In this document: positions 47,224 to 57,794 of the stretch, in pieces
How positions within the stretch are numbered: the first letter of the stretch is position 1
How the letters are laid out: each line of letters begins with the position of its first letter
Assembly: GCA_963677435.1 (NCBI GenBank)
Contig: OY781945.1
Span: forward strand, 2,048,001 to 2,112,000
Source of the DNA: an uncultured Aliarcobacter sp.
GTDB lineage: Bacteria; Campylobacterota; Campylobacteria; Campylobacterales; Arcobacteraceae
Length of the DNA: 64,000 nucleotides
Reading direction: 5' to 3'
The notes under the pieces: generated by a model
What the model was told of the DNA's origin: nothing
What the model saw: the letters and a program-made list of their open reading frames with translations, nothing else
Database searches by the model: none
Made by a program: the position numbers and the translations under genes

Positions 47224-47504
47224 TTTCAAAATGATACAATAAAATGAAACATCAACTTTTATAATTATAAATAAGCTCAAAGCAAACTATTTACAATATA
47301 CAAACTGTAATATTTCAAAATGATATGACAAAAATTTTAGGATTTTTTACTCTAATATTATCGATTATATAGTATTTAATTCAATATTTTTATGATTAAT
47401 ATAAAATGATATGACAAAATGAAAGGGGTAAGTTTTTTATAAATAAAATTTAAAAAAGCAGTTTTAGAAGCTATACAAAGTGTAATATTTCAAAATGATA
47501 TGAC
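47224..47504 (+). repeat. Dispersed direct repeats: two 33-bp copies with one mismatch plus partial copies
   Basis: TATACAAA(C/G)TGTAATATTTCAAAATGATATGAC at 47297-47329 and 47472-47504; AAAATGATATGACA at 47403; TTTCAAAATGATA at 47224. Confidence 0.8.
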
Positions 47505-47515
47505 TTTTATTATAA

Positions 47516-48208
47516 TTACAGGTGTCCAGCATTAAGTAGCTTAACAATAATATCTTCTTCATGAATATCATTTTCATTTATAGCACTAAGATTAAAAAAA
47601 TCATACTTTTCCACATGCCAGAAAAGGTACTTATTTCTAAAATTATCTTTTTGGTAAGGGAAAGTTGCACTTATAGTTTCAATAAGAACTTTTTTGTTTT
47701 GTCTATCAATTAGTTGATATCTTATTTCATTAAATAAACCAAATAGCTTCTCTTGAGATTGAATATTAATCATATATCTTGCTTTTGGATTTTTTATAAT
47801 TTCACTTTTAATTGTTTTTCTATCAAATTTGATTCTTAAAAAATTATTGTTACTCTCACTTTGAGGTATTTTTATCTCTAAAAAACCCTTGATTCTTTTA
47901 TTAAAAAAGGTATCTTTTTTATCAACAAATTGTAAAAAATAATTGGTAGGACTTTGAGTTAAATCTAAACTTTCTATTTTACCATCATCATCTTTTTTTG
48001 GTAAACTATAAATTATTGGTTCTATTTTAAAAGTTTTATAATAATTTTTAATTACTTTTTGAATTAAAATATCACTAAAAGGTAAGATTATAATAAGAAA
48101 AAAAATCATTAATTGAACTAATCTACTTTTTATTATTTTATAGATTGTTCGTGAATATATAAATGCAAATATAATATAAAAGATGTTTACAAAAAAAGGT
48201 ATTACCAT
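47516..48208 (-). CDS. Hypothetical membrane protein
   Basis: Two N-terminal hydrophobic segments. Confidence 0.65.
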   Translation of the reverse strand: MVIPFFVNIFYIIFAFIYSRTIYKIIKSRLVQLMIFFLIIILPFSDILIQKVIKNYYKTFKIEPIIYSLPKKDDDGKIESLDLTQSPTNYFLQFVDKKDTFFNKRIKGFLEIKIPQSESNNNFLRIKFDRKTIKSEIIKNPKARYMINIQSQEKLFGLFNEIRYQLIDRQNKKVLIETISATFPYQKDNFRNKYLFWHVEKYDFFNLSAINENDIHEEDIIVKLLNAGHL

Positions 48209-48320
48209 AATTATTTTCCATGTAAATTAATTATTTATATCATATCAAAATAATGTCACAGATTGTGTCACTCTTTTAATTTTTATTATTGAATTTTTTG
48301 ATTATTAAAAAATGAGTAGA

Positions 48321-48348
48321 AAAATCTCAACTTATAAGCTGAGATTTT
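48321..48348 (-). terminator. Probable terminator after the SLC13 transporter gene
   Basis: AAAATCTCA...TGAGATTTT inverted repeat just past the stop codon. Confidence 0.6.
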
Positions 48349-48353
48349 ATATT

Positions 48354-49688
48354 TTATATGAAGTATTGCCAATAAACTAAAGCGATAATTGTTACCATCA
48401 AAATCGCAATAATATTTATAAAAAATCCAAATTTTGCCATCTCTCTTACTTTTACAGCTCCACTACTCATAGCTATTGCATTTGGAGGAGTGGCAATTGG
48501 AAGCATAAAAGCGTACGAAGCACAAATTGTCGCAACCATTAAAATCAAAGTCATATCTATTTTTGCAACTTGTCCCAAAGAGTATATAATTGGAAGAGCA
48601 ATTGAAATAAGAGCTGTATTTGAAGTAACTTCTGTTGTAAATGTAATGAGGGCTGCAATCATTAATATTAAAGCAATTACAGGAAAATCTGTTAAAGCTA
48701 ACATATAATTTGCCACAACTGCTGCTAAACCTGTTTTTGAAAAAGCTGCTGCTATTGTAAAACCTGCACCAAATAAGAAAATGATTTCATAAGGGATATT
48801 TCTAGAGTCTTCCCAATCAAGAAATCCAATTTTTGGAACAAACATTAAAAGACCAAAACTTAATAATATTGCTGTTTCATTTAATCCTAAACCTGAATAA
48901 TAAGGTTCAATTTTAGAGTTTACTAATAGTGTAATAACTAATCCTAGTAAAATTAGAAGTAATCTTTTTTGATCAGATTGTAGTTTTTCAGTTACTTTTA
49001 CTTTATTATCAAGTTTAATATCTGATAAACCAATAGATAAAAGAAATGGAATTATAATTAACATAATTAATGCTAATGGTCCAGTTAAAAATATCCATTG
49101 AATAAAGGCAATTGGCTCAATAGAGTGTTGTTGCATAAATCCTAATAAAATAAGATTTGGTGGTGTTCCAATAGGAGTTATAATTCCTCCAATACTACAT
49201 CCATAAGCAATGCTTAAAGCCAATCTTGCTTTGAATTTCATATTTTCAGTTAAAAATATAGCTATTGGAATTAAAAGTAATGCTGTTGTTGAATTTGATA
49301 AAACAGAACTTAAAAGTGCTGATGTAAATGCTAATGAAAATATCATTCCCCTTGGAGTACTTGGGAAAATAGTCAATAACTTATTTGATATATATTTATG
49401 TAAGTTTGTTTTTTGAGTAGCTATTGCTATCATAAATCCACCCATAAATAAAAATATAGTTGTATTTGAATAATTTATTGTAGTATCTTTTATGTCTAAA
49501 ACACCAAAAGCTGGAAATAAAACAATAGGCAATAAAGAAACAACTCCAATAGGCAAAGCTTCATTTGTCCATAAAATTACAAGCAGTGCTATTAGAGCTA
49601 TTAAAATTGAATGTTGCGTATTAAAAAGAGTTGTAGCAACAAAAAAGAAAAGTGCTGAAGCAATAATTGAAATAATTATATTCTTCAT
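48354..49688 (-). CDS. SLC13/DASS sodium-coupled anion symporter
   Basis: LSNSTT, TPIGTPPN, TSNTA, PIATPPNAI. Confidence 0.92.
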   Translation of the reverse strand: MKNIIISIIASALFFFVATTLFNTQHSILIALIALLVILWTNEALPIGVVSLLPIVLFPAFGVLDIKDTTINYSNTTIFLFMGGFMIAIATQKTNLHKYISNKLLTIFPSTPRGMIFSLAFTSALLSSVLSNSTTALLLIPIAIFLTENMKFKARLALSIAYGCSIGGIITPIGTPPNLILLGFMQQHSIEPIAFIQWIFLTGPLALIMLIIIPFLLSIGLSDIKLDNKVKVTEKLQSDQKRLLLILLGLVITLLVNSKIEPYYSGLGLNETAILLSFGLLMFVPKIGFLDWEDSRNIPYEIIFLFGAGFTIAAAFSKTGLAAVVANYMLALTDFPVIALILMIAALITFTTEVTSNTALISIALPIIYSLGQVAKIDMTLILMVATICASYAFMLPIATPPNAIAMSSGAVKVREMAKFGFFINIIAILMVTIIALVYWQYFI

Positions 49689-49701
49689 AGTCTTTTACTC
49701 C

Positions 49702-50238
49702 TTATTTTTTGGGACGAAAAGCTTTAATAACCTCTTCATTACAAACTAAAAATGGTCCTTGCATTAAATCAATACAATATGGAATCGCTGGAAAAACTGC
49801 ATCTAAACACTCTTTTATTGATTTTGGTTTTCCAGGAAGATTTACAATAAGTGAAGATCCTCTTAAACCTGCTGTTTGTCTTGAAAGAATTGCAGTTGGA
49901 ACAAATTTTAAAGACTCTGCTCTCATAAGTTCTCCAAATCCTGGCATCATTCTATCACATACAGCTTCTGTAGCTTCTGGTGTTACATCTCTTAAAGCAG
50001 GTCCTGTTCCTCCTGTTGTTACAACTAAACAACATTTTTCATTATCAACTAAATCTTTTAATGTATCTTCAATTGTTTTTTGATTATCTTCAATACATCT
50101 ATAAACTGGTTCCCATGGAGTACTCAAATAACTATTAATTGTATCAATTATAGCTTTTCCTGATAAATCTTCATATATTCCTGCACTCGCTCTATCACTT
50201 GCAGTTACTATTCCAATTTTTGCGATTTTTTCACTCAT
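49702..50238 (-). CDS. mog: Molybdopterin adenylyltransferase
   Basis: SDRAS, TTGGTGPALRDVTPEAT, NLPGKPK. Confidence 0.95.
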   Translation of the reverse strand: MSEKIAKIGIVTASDRASAGIYEDLSGKAIIDTINSYLSTPWEPVYRCIEDNQKTIEDTLKDLVDNEKCCLVVTTGGTGPALRDVTPEATEAVCDRMMPGFGELMRAESLKFVPTAILSRQTAGLRGSSLIVNLPGKPKSIKECLDAVFPAIPYCIDLMQGPFLVCNEEVIKAFRPKK

Positions 50239-50753
50239 AATAAATGTCCTTTCTCTTTAATATAATATACATTTGCAAATCTTTTAAATAATTCATTTGC
50301 CTTTGAGGCATCTATTATTTTATCTACTCCACCTAAGTAAACTTCAATTTTTGTGCCTTTTTCTAGTAACTTTTGAAGTTTTTCTTCACTCCATTCATAA
50401 TAAAGTAACTCCTGTAACTCTTCTATTGTACCTAATTTAAAATACTTTGAAATATCTGTGTTTGTAGGATATTTTACATTAGTTAAAAAATTATGTACAT
50501 AAGCATTTGCATCTTTTTTAAAATACATAAGTTGAGTTCTTTTAAATTTATCATCTTGAGTTTGGAAAAAAGCAGGAGAGAAAAGTTGAAGTTTATCAAC
50601 TCTTTGATTTGTAGTTAAAGCTTCTTCAAAGGCTTTTATAGCACCATAAGAAAATCCGCAAATTGTAAAATCATTTTTAATTAAATATTCATCAAAAAGT
50701 TCTGATTCTTCAAAAAAACAAAAACCAGAAAAAAAATTTTTAGATATCTTCAA
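50235..50753 (-). CDS. bioV: Pimeloyl-ACP methyl ester esterase BioV
   Basis: FFSGFCF, GFSYG nucleophile elbow, LFSPAFF, DKII, C-terminal GHLL. Confidence 0.85.
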   Translation of the reverse strand: MKISKNFFSGFCFFEESELFDEYLIKNDFTICGFSYGAIKAFEEALTTNQRVDKLQLFSPAFFQTQDDKFKRTQLMYFKKDANAYVHNFLTNVKYPTNTDISKYFKLGTIEELQELLYYEWSEEKLQKLLEKGTKIEVYLGGVDKIIDASKANELFKRFANVYYIKEKGHLL

Positions 50754-52215
50754 AAGTGATTACCTCATTTTTAAGCATAATTTGTTTTAATCTATTTATC
50801 TCATTTACATTTTGAGATAATTCACTTCTTAACTCATTTTTAATATTTGTAAGTAGTTCATCAACAGAATTTACCATTTTATATCTATTTACTATATCAT
50901 TTGCTAATTTTGAAGCTCTTTCTAAATCTTCTGGATTTATTGCATACTTCTCTTTTTCTATAACTTCAAGACCAATAAATCCTGCTAAATCTCTTTTTAT
51001 ATTTTCACATAATTCATTATAAGATGGATATGTAGAATCAAGTTTTTGAACACTCTCATCAAACAAAGCAACTTTAGTTTTAGAAATAAAAGCTTTACTA
51101 GCTTGGTAAATTGCTAAAATCTCTTTTTGTCTATCATCAAGTATTTTAATCTGTTTTTTACCAAATTCTAGTTTATTTTTTGCAATTAAAATATCACTAT
51201 CATCTAATATCTTTTTATTATTTTTTATCATATTTAATAAAGCTTCATTTATTAAAGTAGCAAGTGCCGCTGAACTAAATCCAGCTGTTTCATTTACTAA
51301 TTTATCAATATTTATCTCATAGTTTTTATTATTTAAATATAACTCTAATATTTTTTTTCTATCATTTATATTTGGCAATCCTACATGAACGCGTCTGTCA
51401 AATCTTCCAGCTCGTAAAAGGGCATCATCTAAAACTTCTATTTTGTTAGTTGCAGCAATTACAATTACTCCACTCTCACCATCAAATCCATCCATTTGAG
51501 TTAAAAGTTCATTTAATGTTGATTCTCGCTCATCATTTGATTTTCCGCTTCTAGCTTTTCCAACTGCATCAATTTCATCAATAAAAATAATAGCAGGAGC
51601 ACTTTGTTTTGCTTTTGCAAAAAGTTCTCGCACTTTTTTTGCACCCATTCCCACATAAATTTGAACAAAACTTGCACCACTTTGATAAAAAAATGGAACA
51701 TCAGCTTCACCAGCAACTGCCCTTGCAATTAAAGTTTTTCCAACACCTGGAGGGCCTACTAATAAAACACCTTTTGGAAGTTTAATTCCATATTCAAGAT
51801 ATTTTTGAGGATGATTTAAAAAATCTACAACCTCTTCTAATTCTTCTTTTATTTCATTTATTCCAGCAACATCTTTAAATGTAATATTTGAACTAACTGC
51901 TTGAATATTTGAATTTAAATCTTCATTTAAAACTTTTGTTGCTGCTTTTGTTTTATTAAGTTCCTCATCAAAAGCTGATGAATCTTTTTTATATTTACTA
52001 AAAAAAGTTCTTACTTGGTCTTGTTTTAATTTTAAAAACAAAGCTAAAAAAAGTAAAATAAATAAAAAGATAATTCCTATATAATAAGAACTTCCTGTGA
52101 TATGAGAACTACTTTTATAAATAGTATAAATAAATAAAACCAGCAAAACAACTGCTGATAAAGCCATTAATTTAAAATTTTTGTCAATATTTTTGTTATT
52201 TGAATCTTGCAACAT
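50740..52215 (-). CDS. FtsH-like membrane AAA ATPase without protease motif
   Basis: [24 protein letters not shown]; no HExxH. Confidence 0.85.
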   Translation of the reverse strand: MLQDSNNKNIDKNFKLMALSAVVLLVLFIYTIYKSSSHITGSSYYIGIIFLFILLFLALFLKLKQDQVRTFFSKYKKDSSAFDEELNKTKAATKVLNEDLNSNIQAVSSNITFKDVAGINEIKEELEEVVDFLNHPQKYLEYGIKLPKGVLLVGPPGVGKTLIARAVAGEADVPFFYQSGASFVQIYVGMGAKKVRELFAKAKQSAPAIIFIDEIDAVGKARSGKSNDERESTLNELLTQMDGFDGESGVIVIAATNKIEVLDDALLRAGRFDRRVHVGLPNINDRKKILELYLNNKNYEINIDKLVNETAGFSSAALATLINEALLNMIKNNKKILDDSDILIAKNKLEFGKKQIKILDDRQKEILAIYQASKAFISKTKVALFDESVQKLDSTYPSYNELCENIKRDLAGFIGLEVIEKEKYAINPEDLERASKLANDIVNRYKMVNSVDELLTNIKNELRSELSQNVNEINRLKQIMLKNEVITFEDI

Positions 52216-53464
52216 TTTTATTAGCCTTTACTTCATAATCATCGATAAAAACCCAATCCCCAACTAAATCAACCGGTGAATCTATCTCAATTTGATTGAA
52301 AAATTGATCTAAACCTAGATATTTTCCATTTTTTACTGATTCTACTAAAACTTCTAATTTTTGAGTATTATTTTTTCTAAAATCATAATTTTTTTGTTCA
52401 ATGATTTTTGTTAACTCATTGTATCTTATTTTTGCAATGTCACCTTTTATTTGAGGTTTCATAGTAGCACTTGGCGTTCCATCTCTTTTTGAGTAAGTAA
52501 ACGCATGAACATGAGTTAATGGAAATCTATGAAGATTTTCCATAGCTTCACGCCATAACTGCTCAGTTTCACCTGGATGTCCAACAATAAAATCAGTTCC
52601 TAAAGCATATCCATTTGAACTTAAAAACTCAAAAAGTTCTAAATCTGATAATACTTTATTTCTTCTATTCATTATTTTCAACATCTCTTTTGAAGTGTGT
52701 TGAAGTGCAATATGAAGATGTTTTGCCATAAATGGCTCATTTATTAGCTCTTTAAATTCATCATCAATTTGAATAGGTTCAATGCTTCCCATTCTTATTC
52801 TTCTCACACCTTTGATTAAAGACATTTTTTTAAGAAGTTTTGCAAGACTCGTATGTTGTTTTTTTCCATAAGAACCAACATTTGTTCCAGTTAAAATAAA
52901 CTCTCCAAAACCATTTGCAGCTAGTGTTGTAACTTGCTCTAGGATTTTATCTTCACTATAAGATCTTGCATCACCTCTTACATAAGGGATAATACAATAT
53001 GAACATCTAAAATCACAACCTTCTTGAATTTTGATAAACGCCCTACTTTTTCCAACAAACTCTTCAACTATTGTTTCATCAATATGAGTTAAATCTCCTG
53101 CTTGAAAAAATCTGCTTTCATTTAATAAAAGCTCATTTATTTTCTCTTTTTCAGAGTGACCAAATAAAGAATCAACTTTATCTTCTTTGAAAAGTGCTTC
53201 ACCTTTTGTCCAAACTCCACAACCTGTAAATACAACTCTTGGATCTTTTGGAAGTTTTTTCAAACCACTAATATAACCCCTTGCTGTACTATCAGCACTA
53301 TTTGTAACTGTACATGAGTTTATTACAACTACATCAGCATCATTTTCGTTTTGTGTTACTTCAAAATCTTTTAGATTACTCATCATAACTTGAGTATCAA
53401 ATACATTTGTTCTACAACCAAAAGTTTTAAAATATACTTTTGGTTTATTTTGTGAAAAATTCAT
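52196..53464 (-). CDS. mtaB: tRNA t6A37 methylthiotransferase
   Basis: TFGC, INSCTVT, CDFRCSYC radical SAM motif. Confidence 0.92.
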   Translation of the reverse strand: MNFSQNKPKVYFKTFGCRTNVFDTQVMMSNLKDFEVTQNENDADVVVINSCTVTNSADSTARGYISGLKKLPKDPRVVFTGCGVWTKGEALFKEDKVDSLFGHSEKEKINELLLNESRFFQAGDLTHIDETIVEEFVGKSRAFIKIQEGCDFRCSYCIIPYVRGDARSYSEDKILEQVTTLAANGFGEFILTGTNVGSYGKKQHTSLAKLLKKMSLIKGVRRIRMGSIEPIQIDDEFKELINEPFMAKHLHIALQHTSKEMLKIMNRRNKVLSDLELFEFLSSNGYALGTDFIVGHPGETEQLWREAMENLHRFPLTHVHAFTYSKRDGTPSATMKPQIKGDIAKIRYNELTKIIEQKNYDFRKNNTQKLEVLVESVKNGKYLGLDQFFNQIEIDSPVDLVGDWVFIDDYEVKANKNVARFK

Positions 53465-53482
53465 AAATATTTATTTCCTAAT

Positions 53483-55246
53483 TTATCTTTGTATAATTTC
53501 ATCTTCCAAATCTTTTGGAACTATTTTACTTTTTGAAGCAGGTCCGTAAGGATTATCTGTTCTGTTTATATTAATTTGTTGTGTTGGATATGCAATATGA
53601 ATATCATCTTCTTTCATAAAAGCATCAAGAATTTCTGGACTTATTGTACTTCTTAATACAAGTGCTGCATAAGAGTTTGTTAAATACCAAGAAGAGATAA
53701 CAATACCATGAGGTTCAACAAAAGTATAAACTCTAGGTTCAACTCCTGTAGCACGTAACTGATATTTATTTCTCATTTTTGACAACTGTTTTCTTGTCAT
53801 ATCTGTGTAACCTTTTGAATAGTGTTTCAAAATTTCTCTAGATATTTTTTGTGCTTTTTTATAATTTGAATCGTAGGTAATTGTAATATCAATTCCATCC
53901 CAAACTGTTCTTAAACCTGAGTGTGTATAGTTAGCAATTAACTCAGAGAAGATGTAGTTATTTGGAATAAAAAATATTCTTCCTGTCCTTCTATTTGTTG
54001 TATATGAAGTTAAAGTAATATCTTCTCTAATTGTAATTTTAAATAAAGAAATATCTAAAACATCTCCAACAGTTTCAACATTTCCTTTACTAACTTTGAT
54101 TCTATCTCCCACTTGAATAGAGCCAGATGTTACAATTACCATCCAACCAAAAATTGACATAAACCAATCTTTTAAGGCAATTGCAATCCCCGCTGATGCA
54201 AATCCAAGGATTGTTACAAGATATGAAACATTATCAATATATGAGAATAGAATAACCATTAAAATCAAAAATACTAAAGTAAAATTGATTATTTTATTTA
54301 CCATATAGTAGTTTTCATTTTGAGAAAAATATCTTTTTAAAGTTAATTTAACTAAAAAAGCAATCAATGATAGAATAACAATAATTATAAAAATAACAAT
54401 CATTTTTTGAATTTGTTGAGATATTTGATTTTTTATTTCTAAAATAACTTGTTCAATTTTTCTTGTATATACTTCTTCAGTTGTAGATACAATTTCAAGA
54501 ACCATTATAAAATCTTTTTTTTGTTTATCTAAAAAAGTAATTCTTTCTTTATATTCAGGTTTTTGATCTAAATTGAATAACTCTAAATATAAAAGTAACT
54601 CTTCATCAAGTTTAATAGTTAAATAATCAATATCCATATCTAATGTTTTAAATACTTTTTTATTATTCTCTAATTTTTTTATATGAGATAAAGCATTTAT
54701 TATTCCAAAAGGATTTGTAATATTTTCATATTTATCAATTTCAGGAGGATTAATAAGCCCACCAATTGGAGAACCTTTATACTCATCAATTAATTCAAGT
54801 TCATTTTCTTTTACTCTTATTTTATTGTGTAGTTGATAAGTTTGCTCATCAGAAATATTTGTTTTTCTTTTTAAACTATCTTTTAAAATGGCTAACTCTG
54901 TAGAAATTTTACTATATGAACTATAATTTGAATATCTTTTTAATAAAATATTATCTTTTAACTCAGCATCAATTTTTGCAATACTTTGAAGTAAAGTATT
55001 GATTTCTGCCACATTTTGCATATTTTGCTCTTTAGTTTTTAGATCTTCAAGTTCTTGCTTTTTCTTGAGTTCTAACTCTTTTTGAGCCTCTTCGTATTTT
55101 TCTGTAATAAGATTTTGTTCAATTTGTTTAACTTCTGCTTTATCTTTTTTATCTACTGTTGGTGTAATATTATCAGTAGTTTTTACTGTGTTTTCAGCCC
55201 ATAAAAAACAAGTAAGACATAATATAAATGCTAATTTTTTAATCAA
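53483..55246 (-). CDS. MscS-family mechanosensitive channel
   Basis: GFASAGIAIAL, IQVGDRI, IPN, IAYPT. Confidence 0.88.
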   Translation of the reverse strand: MIKKLAFILCLTCFLWAENTVKTTDNITPTVDKKDKAEVKQIEQNLITEKYEEAQKELELKKKQELEDLKTKEQNMQNVAEINTLLQSIAKIDAELKDNILLKRYSNYSSYSKISTELAILKDSLKRKTNISDEQTYQLHNKIRVKENELELIDEYKGSPIGGLINPPEIDKYENITNPFGIINALSHIKKLENNKKVFKTLDMDIDYLTIKLDEELLLYLELFNLDQKPEYKERITFLDKQKKDFIMVLEIVSTTEEVYTRKIEQVILEIKNQISQQIQKMIVIFIIIVILSLIAFLVKLTLKRYFSQNENYYMVNKIINFTLVFLILMVILFSYIDNVSYLVTILGFASAGIAIALKDWFMSIFGWMVIVTSGSIQVGDRIKVSKGNVETVGDVLDISLFKITIREDITLTSYTTNRRTGRIFFIPNNYIFSELIANYTHSGLRTVWDGIDITITYDSNYKKAQKISREILKHYSKGYTDMTRKQLSKMRNKYQLRATGVEPRVYTFVEPHGIVISSWYLTNSYAALVLRSTISPEILDAFMKEDDIHIAYPTQQININRTDNPYGPASKSKIVPKDLEDEIIQR

Positions 55247-55247
55247 T

Positions 55248-56282
55248 TTAAAAACCTTTTAATATTTCTATAACATCATTTTTAGTAACTTCATTTGTGA
55301 TTTTACAATCACCCAAACCAACTGGAAGAATAAATTTAATTTTATTATCCAAAGACTTTTTATCTAAGAAAAAATGTTCATAAAAATCTTCCACATCTTT
55401 GATTTTATAAGTTGTTGGAATCTCATATTTTTCTAATAAATTTTTTACTCTTAACTCTTCATCTTTACTCATTAGTCCAATTTTTACAGCTAAAGCATTT
55501 GCCATACACATACCAATTCCCACTGCTTCACCATGTAAATATGTATCATAGTTTGTTTCGTTTTCAATAACATGACCAAAAGTGTGACCATAATTAAGTG
55601 CTGCTCTTATTCCTAACTCTTTTTCATCTTGTGAAACTACATCTGCTTTTGTTTGAACAGATTTAGCAATTGCAATTCTAATATTTTTATCATCATTTAA
55701 ATCATTTTGTTCTAACCACTCAAAAAAATCTTTGTTAAAAGTAACTGCCATTTTGACAATTTCAGCAACTCCTGCACCAAACTCTCTTTTTGGTAGAGTT
55801 TTTAAGAAATTAGGGTCAATATAAACAGCGATTGGTTGATGAAATGCACCAACTAAGTTTTTACCAAATTTATTGTTTATTCCAGTTTTCCCACCAACAC
55901 TTGCATCAACTTGTGATAAAAGAGTTGTAGGAATTTGAACAAAATCAATACCTCGTTGGTAAATTGAAGATGCAAATCCAGTCATATCTCCAATAACACC
56001 ACCACCAAAAGCAATAAGAAGTGATTTTCTATCAAGTCTGTGTGTAAAACAGTGAGCTAACATATCTTCAATTGTTTGCATATGTTTATACTCTTCTCCA
56101 TCAGGAATGGTACAAACACTAAGCTCACGAGCATTTATTTTAGTTTTTAAATACTCCAAATGAAATCCACTAACAGTTGGATTTGTAATAATCACAACTT
56201 TTCTATCAAAATATAGTTCGTTTAATTCATCTATAAAAATTTCATAAGAGTTATCATGGGGTAAAGTAATTTTAACAGTCAT
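55248..56282 (-). CDS. aroB: 3-dehydroquinate synthase
   Basis: GGGVIGD, PTTLLSQVDASVGGKT, LNYGHTFGH, HGEAV. Confidence 0.97.
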   Translation of the reverse strand: MTVKITLPHDNSYEIFIDELNELYFDRKVVIITNPTVSGFHLEYLKTKINARELSVCTIPDGEEYKHMQTIEDMLAHCFTHRLDRKSLLIAFGGGVIGDMTGFASSIYQRGIDFVQIPTTLLSQVDASVGGKTGINNKFGKNLVGAFHQPIAVYIDPNFLKTLPKREFGAGVAEIVKMAVTFNKDFFEWLEQNDLNDDKNIRIAIAKSVQTKADVVSQDEKELGIRAALNYGHTFGHVIENETNYDTYLHGEAVGIGMCMANALAVKIGLMSKDEELRVKNLLEKYEIPTTYKIKDVEDFYEHFFLDKKSLDNKIKFILPVGLGDCKITNEVTKNDVIEILKGF

Positions 56283-56465
56283 TGTTATCTATCCAAATAT
56301 TTATTTAATAAGGTCTTTATATTAGCTAAAAAAAGATAAAAGGAGGTTAAATGCTTTTATCTTTATTATAAAACTAATCCTTTTCAATTACGATTACTTT
56401 AAGTAAACCTTAAACTAATCTACTTTTAGATATAATAAATAAAAATAAGATTAGAAGGAAACATT

Positions 56466-57770
56466 ATTAAAACTTTTACATCAATGAACTTAGATGAAAA
56501 AATCATAAGTGCACTAAAAGATTTAGATTATAAAGAAGCTACGGAAATACAAAAAAAAGCTATTCCAATTGCTTTAAAAAAAAGAGATATACTTGCAGCT
56601 GCCCAAAGTGGTACAGGTAAAACTGCTGCATTTTTATTACCAATATTAACGAATATTTTAGAAAATAAACAAGCAAACAAACCAATTCTTAGAGCTTTGA
56701 TTTTAGTTCCAACAAGAGAACTAGCAACTCAAATATCAAAAGCAGTTGATGACTTCTCAAAATATATGGAAATAGAATCACTAGCAATTGTTGGTGGAGT
56801 TTCAACAAAAGACCAAGAGAAAAAGATAGCAAAAGGTCTTGATATTTTAGTGGCAACTTCAGGAAGATTAATGGAACATCTAAAAAATGGAACTGTTGAT
56901 TTATCAAGTGTTACAACTGTTGTAATCGATGAAGTTGATACTATGCTTGACATGGGATTTTTAGAAGATATTGAAAAAATTCTTCCAAGTGTTGGACCAA
57001 AAAGACAAATCATGATGTTTTCTGCAACAATGAATCAAAATGTAAAAAAACTTGCAAAAGAGTTTTTACAAGATCCAGTTGTAATTGAAGTTGCTCAACA
57101 AAGATCAGCTGTAAAAATCATCGACCAACAAATTGTTTTAGTTGATCAAGTAAATAAAGCAGCTGCATTATCATATATCATTGGTTCAAGAAATTATTCA
57201 CAAGTTTTAGTATTTGTAAATATGAAAATTGAAGCTGATACTTTAGTAGAACATTTAGAACTTGATGGACTTCCAGCTGGTTGTATTCACGGAGATGTTA
57301 GACAAACAGCTCGAGCTAAAGTTATGAGAAAATTCAAATCTGGAGAGATTAGAGTTTTAGTTGCAACTGATATTGCAGCAAGGGGAATTGATATAGAACT
57401 TCTTCCAGTAGTTGTAAACTATGCCCTTCCTGAGACTGTTGATGATTATACACATAGAATCGGAAGAACTGGACGAGCTGGAAATCCTGGAATTGCATTG
57501 ACACTTTTAAGTGTTAAAGATTATAAAATGATGATTGACATTGAAAAAGAGTTAATTATCAATATTCCAAGAACAGAAGTTGAAGGTTTTGAAGCAACAG
57601 AGAAAAAACCAAGACTGTTTAAAGCAAGACCAAAACAATTAAGTGTAAAAAAAGCTGAAGCTGGAAAAATAGCTAAAAAAACAGGTTTTGCAAAAAATAC
57701 GGCTCCAAAAGTTGTTAAAAAGAAAAAAACTACTAAAAGAGATACGAATAGAAGTTTTGGTAAAAAATAA
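56466..57770 (+). CDS. DEAD-box RNA helicase (RhlE-like); probable ATT start at 56466 (first ATG at 56484)
   Basis: Q motif, GTGKT, PTRELA, DEVD, SAT, ARGID, HRIGRTGR; basic C-terminal tail. Confidence 0.93.
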   Translation: MKTFTSMNLDEKIISALKDLDYKEATEIQKKAIPIALKKRDILAAAQSGTGKTAAFLLPILTNILENKQANKPILRALILVPTRELATQISKAVDDFSKYMEIESLAIVGGVSTKDQEKKIAKGLDILVATSGRLMEHLKNGTVDLSSVTTVVIDEVDTMLDMGFLEDIEKILPSVGPKRQIMMFSATMNQNVKKLAKEFLQDPVVIEVAQQRSAVKIIDQQIVLVDQVNKAAALSYIIGSRNYSQVLVFVNMKIEADTLVEHLELDGLPAGCIHGDVRQTARAKVMRKFKSGEIRVLVATDIAARGIDIELLPVVVNYALPETVDDYTHRIGRTGRAGNPGIALTLLSVKDYKMMIDIEKELIINIPRTEVEGFEATEKKPRLFKARPKQLSVKKAEAGKIAKKTGFAKNTAPKVVKKKKTTKRDTNRSFGKK

Positions 57771-57794
57771 GAGAAGTTAAAACTTCTCTTATTT
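57765..57794. terminator. Bidirectional terminator between convergent genes
   Basis: AAATAAGAGAAGTT-AA-AACTTCTCTTATTT. Confidence 0.8.

Noticed and set aside
47297..47504. CRISPR array or XerH dif site
   Set aside because: Only two full copies, 175 bp apart. The resemblance to difH as I recall it covers one arm only, without palindromic symmetry, and cannot be supported without an alignment.
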